Shown here one piece after another: positions 62,783 through 64,000 of a DNA stretch of 64,000 nucleotides (its first letter is position 1; each line of letters opens with the position of its first letter). The translations under genes and the position numbers were made by a program. The stretch is from Botryllus schlosseri (lineage: Eukaryota), in contig CM119386.1 of the NCBI GenBank assembly GCA_051294905.1, forward strand, positions 17,670,001 through 17,734,000, written 5' to 3'. Below the pieces are notes generated by a model, which saw only the letters and a list, made by a program, of their open reading frames with translations, did not search any database and had not been told where the DNA came from.

Positions 62783-64000
62783 ACAATTGAGCAAGTGGTG
62801 TTGGTCAATGTGGCATTGATAGGTACCGATGTAAGAGCAGAACGTATGTCCAAAATTTTCACTCAAGCATAATCAGAAGTATTGAGTTACAAGTAAGCAC
62901 ATACAATAAGTATTAAAGGCCTAGTTTTGTCCAAAAACTCAAAACTGTTGAGCGGAAGTAGTCAAAGGATCATAACTGCTTGAGTAAGTAGTCCAAGTAG
63001 GCAGAATCTACTTGAGTACTGCTAAAAAGTTAGTGATTCGTTGCTGACTAATGACCACCTCTGCTGGCAACCAGATGTTGAGTGAATGTAGTCCTAGAAA
63101 CACGACTTAAACAGTTAAACATGTCCGTACAAACAGAAACATCGGATGTATCATCCCAAAATAAACATTTACTATCAAACTAAGAACCGTATTCATCCGT
63201 TTACAGAAATTCACATCGTTTCCACTTCAATAAATAATCGGGTGAGTGGGCGTTGTACATCAAACGTTTGACGCGTGTTAATAGAATAACCGGTAGTATA
63301 GCAGTGGTATGCGTACGCGTCTGTGAATCACACCTCGGGTGACTCATCTCCCAGCCCTTTCGAGTCTAGTCGGACTTTCGGTAATTGAAGGAAAGCTCTA
63401 AAAGCCTAAGTCCCGATTAGCCGATTTTGGCCGCTTTTTAAACACTTGCGCTAGTCTTAACGAAGCGCCGATTCATTATCGCAACCTAGGTCGGGTTTTA
63501 TTACGGCCCCACACGACATCGCCATTATGTGGCGGTAGGATTAGGCTTAATCTTCTGTTTGAAAATATAGAATTTGTTTTTTACGCGGAATTGTAAAAGA
63601 GGACATAACAATTAAAAAGTACTAGTTGCTGACGATTACCCCTGATGAGTGTATGACAACAAATTTCGGGTTTATTTCAATATGAATATATTATTCAATT
63701 GTACATTGAAGTTTTGTACCTCCAGGAAGAGTCTCTTTAAAATTATTTCGTTATTGAAAACCTTTGCTAACGAATGAGCAATAGCATTTCGCAATGTAAT
63801 ATCATTTCGATTATGATAGATTCGTGCAACTATACAAGCCCGTCGCTGGAAACATACCCCTGGCTGAAATCTTCCGACCGAATAAAGCCGCACATGATAT
63901 GATCATAAATTCTTTTGTTTTCCATTTAGTGGCCCGTTATCAACGCTTCTTTCATCATAATGATGATTAGCGACGCCTCCTTTGGCGATTGCCATTTAGC

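Overview
AT-rich, intron-containing metazoan DNA. The 50-70 bp minimal introns and the repeat content suggest an ascidian-like marine invertebrate, which is an inference. Two genes can be spliced by hand into complete ORFs: exosome subunit RRP4/EXOSC2 (+, 6 coding exons, 8651-12721, 298 aa) and an SLC38A6-like amino-acid transporter (-, 12 coding exons, 35725-48062, 491 aa). The last two exons of a hemopexin plus transmembrane protein, probably a membrane-type MMP, lie at 56488-57756 (-). Most of the rest is transposon debris. It includes many hAT MITEs with readable 8-bp TSDs, piggyBac-type and Chapaev3-type derivatives, a Galileo-like foldback with ~630-bp TIRs, two 3' LINE fragments and a tRNA-derived SINE. 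The most interesting observations are four. (1) A ~10-copy short repeat carries a complete minimal type I hammerhead-ribozyme core and looks like a Penelope pLTR or retrozyme. (2) There are 30-48 bp pure-hairpin 'micro-transposons' with 7- or 9-bp TSDs. (3) A four-layer transposon nest contains outward-facing telomere-like arrays. (4) The MT-MMP-like protein has a long cytoplasmic tail with a PPxY motif. All coordinates were read by eye, and repeat boundaries without TSDs are approximate.
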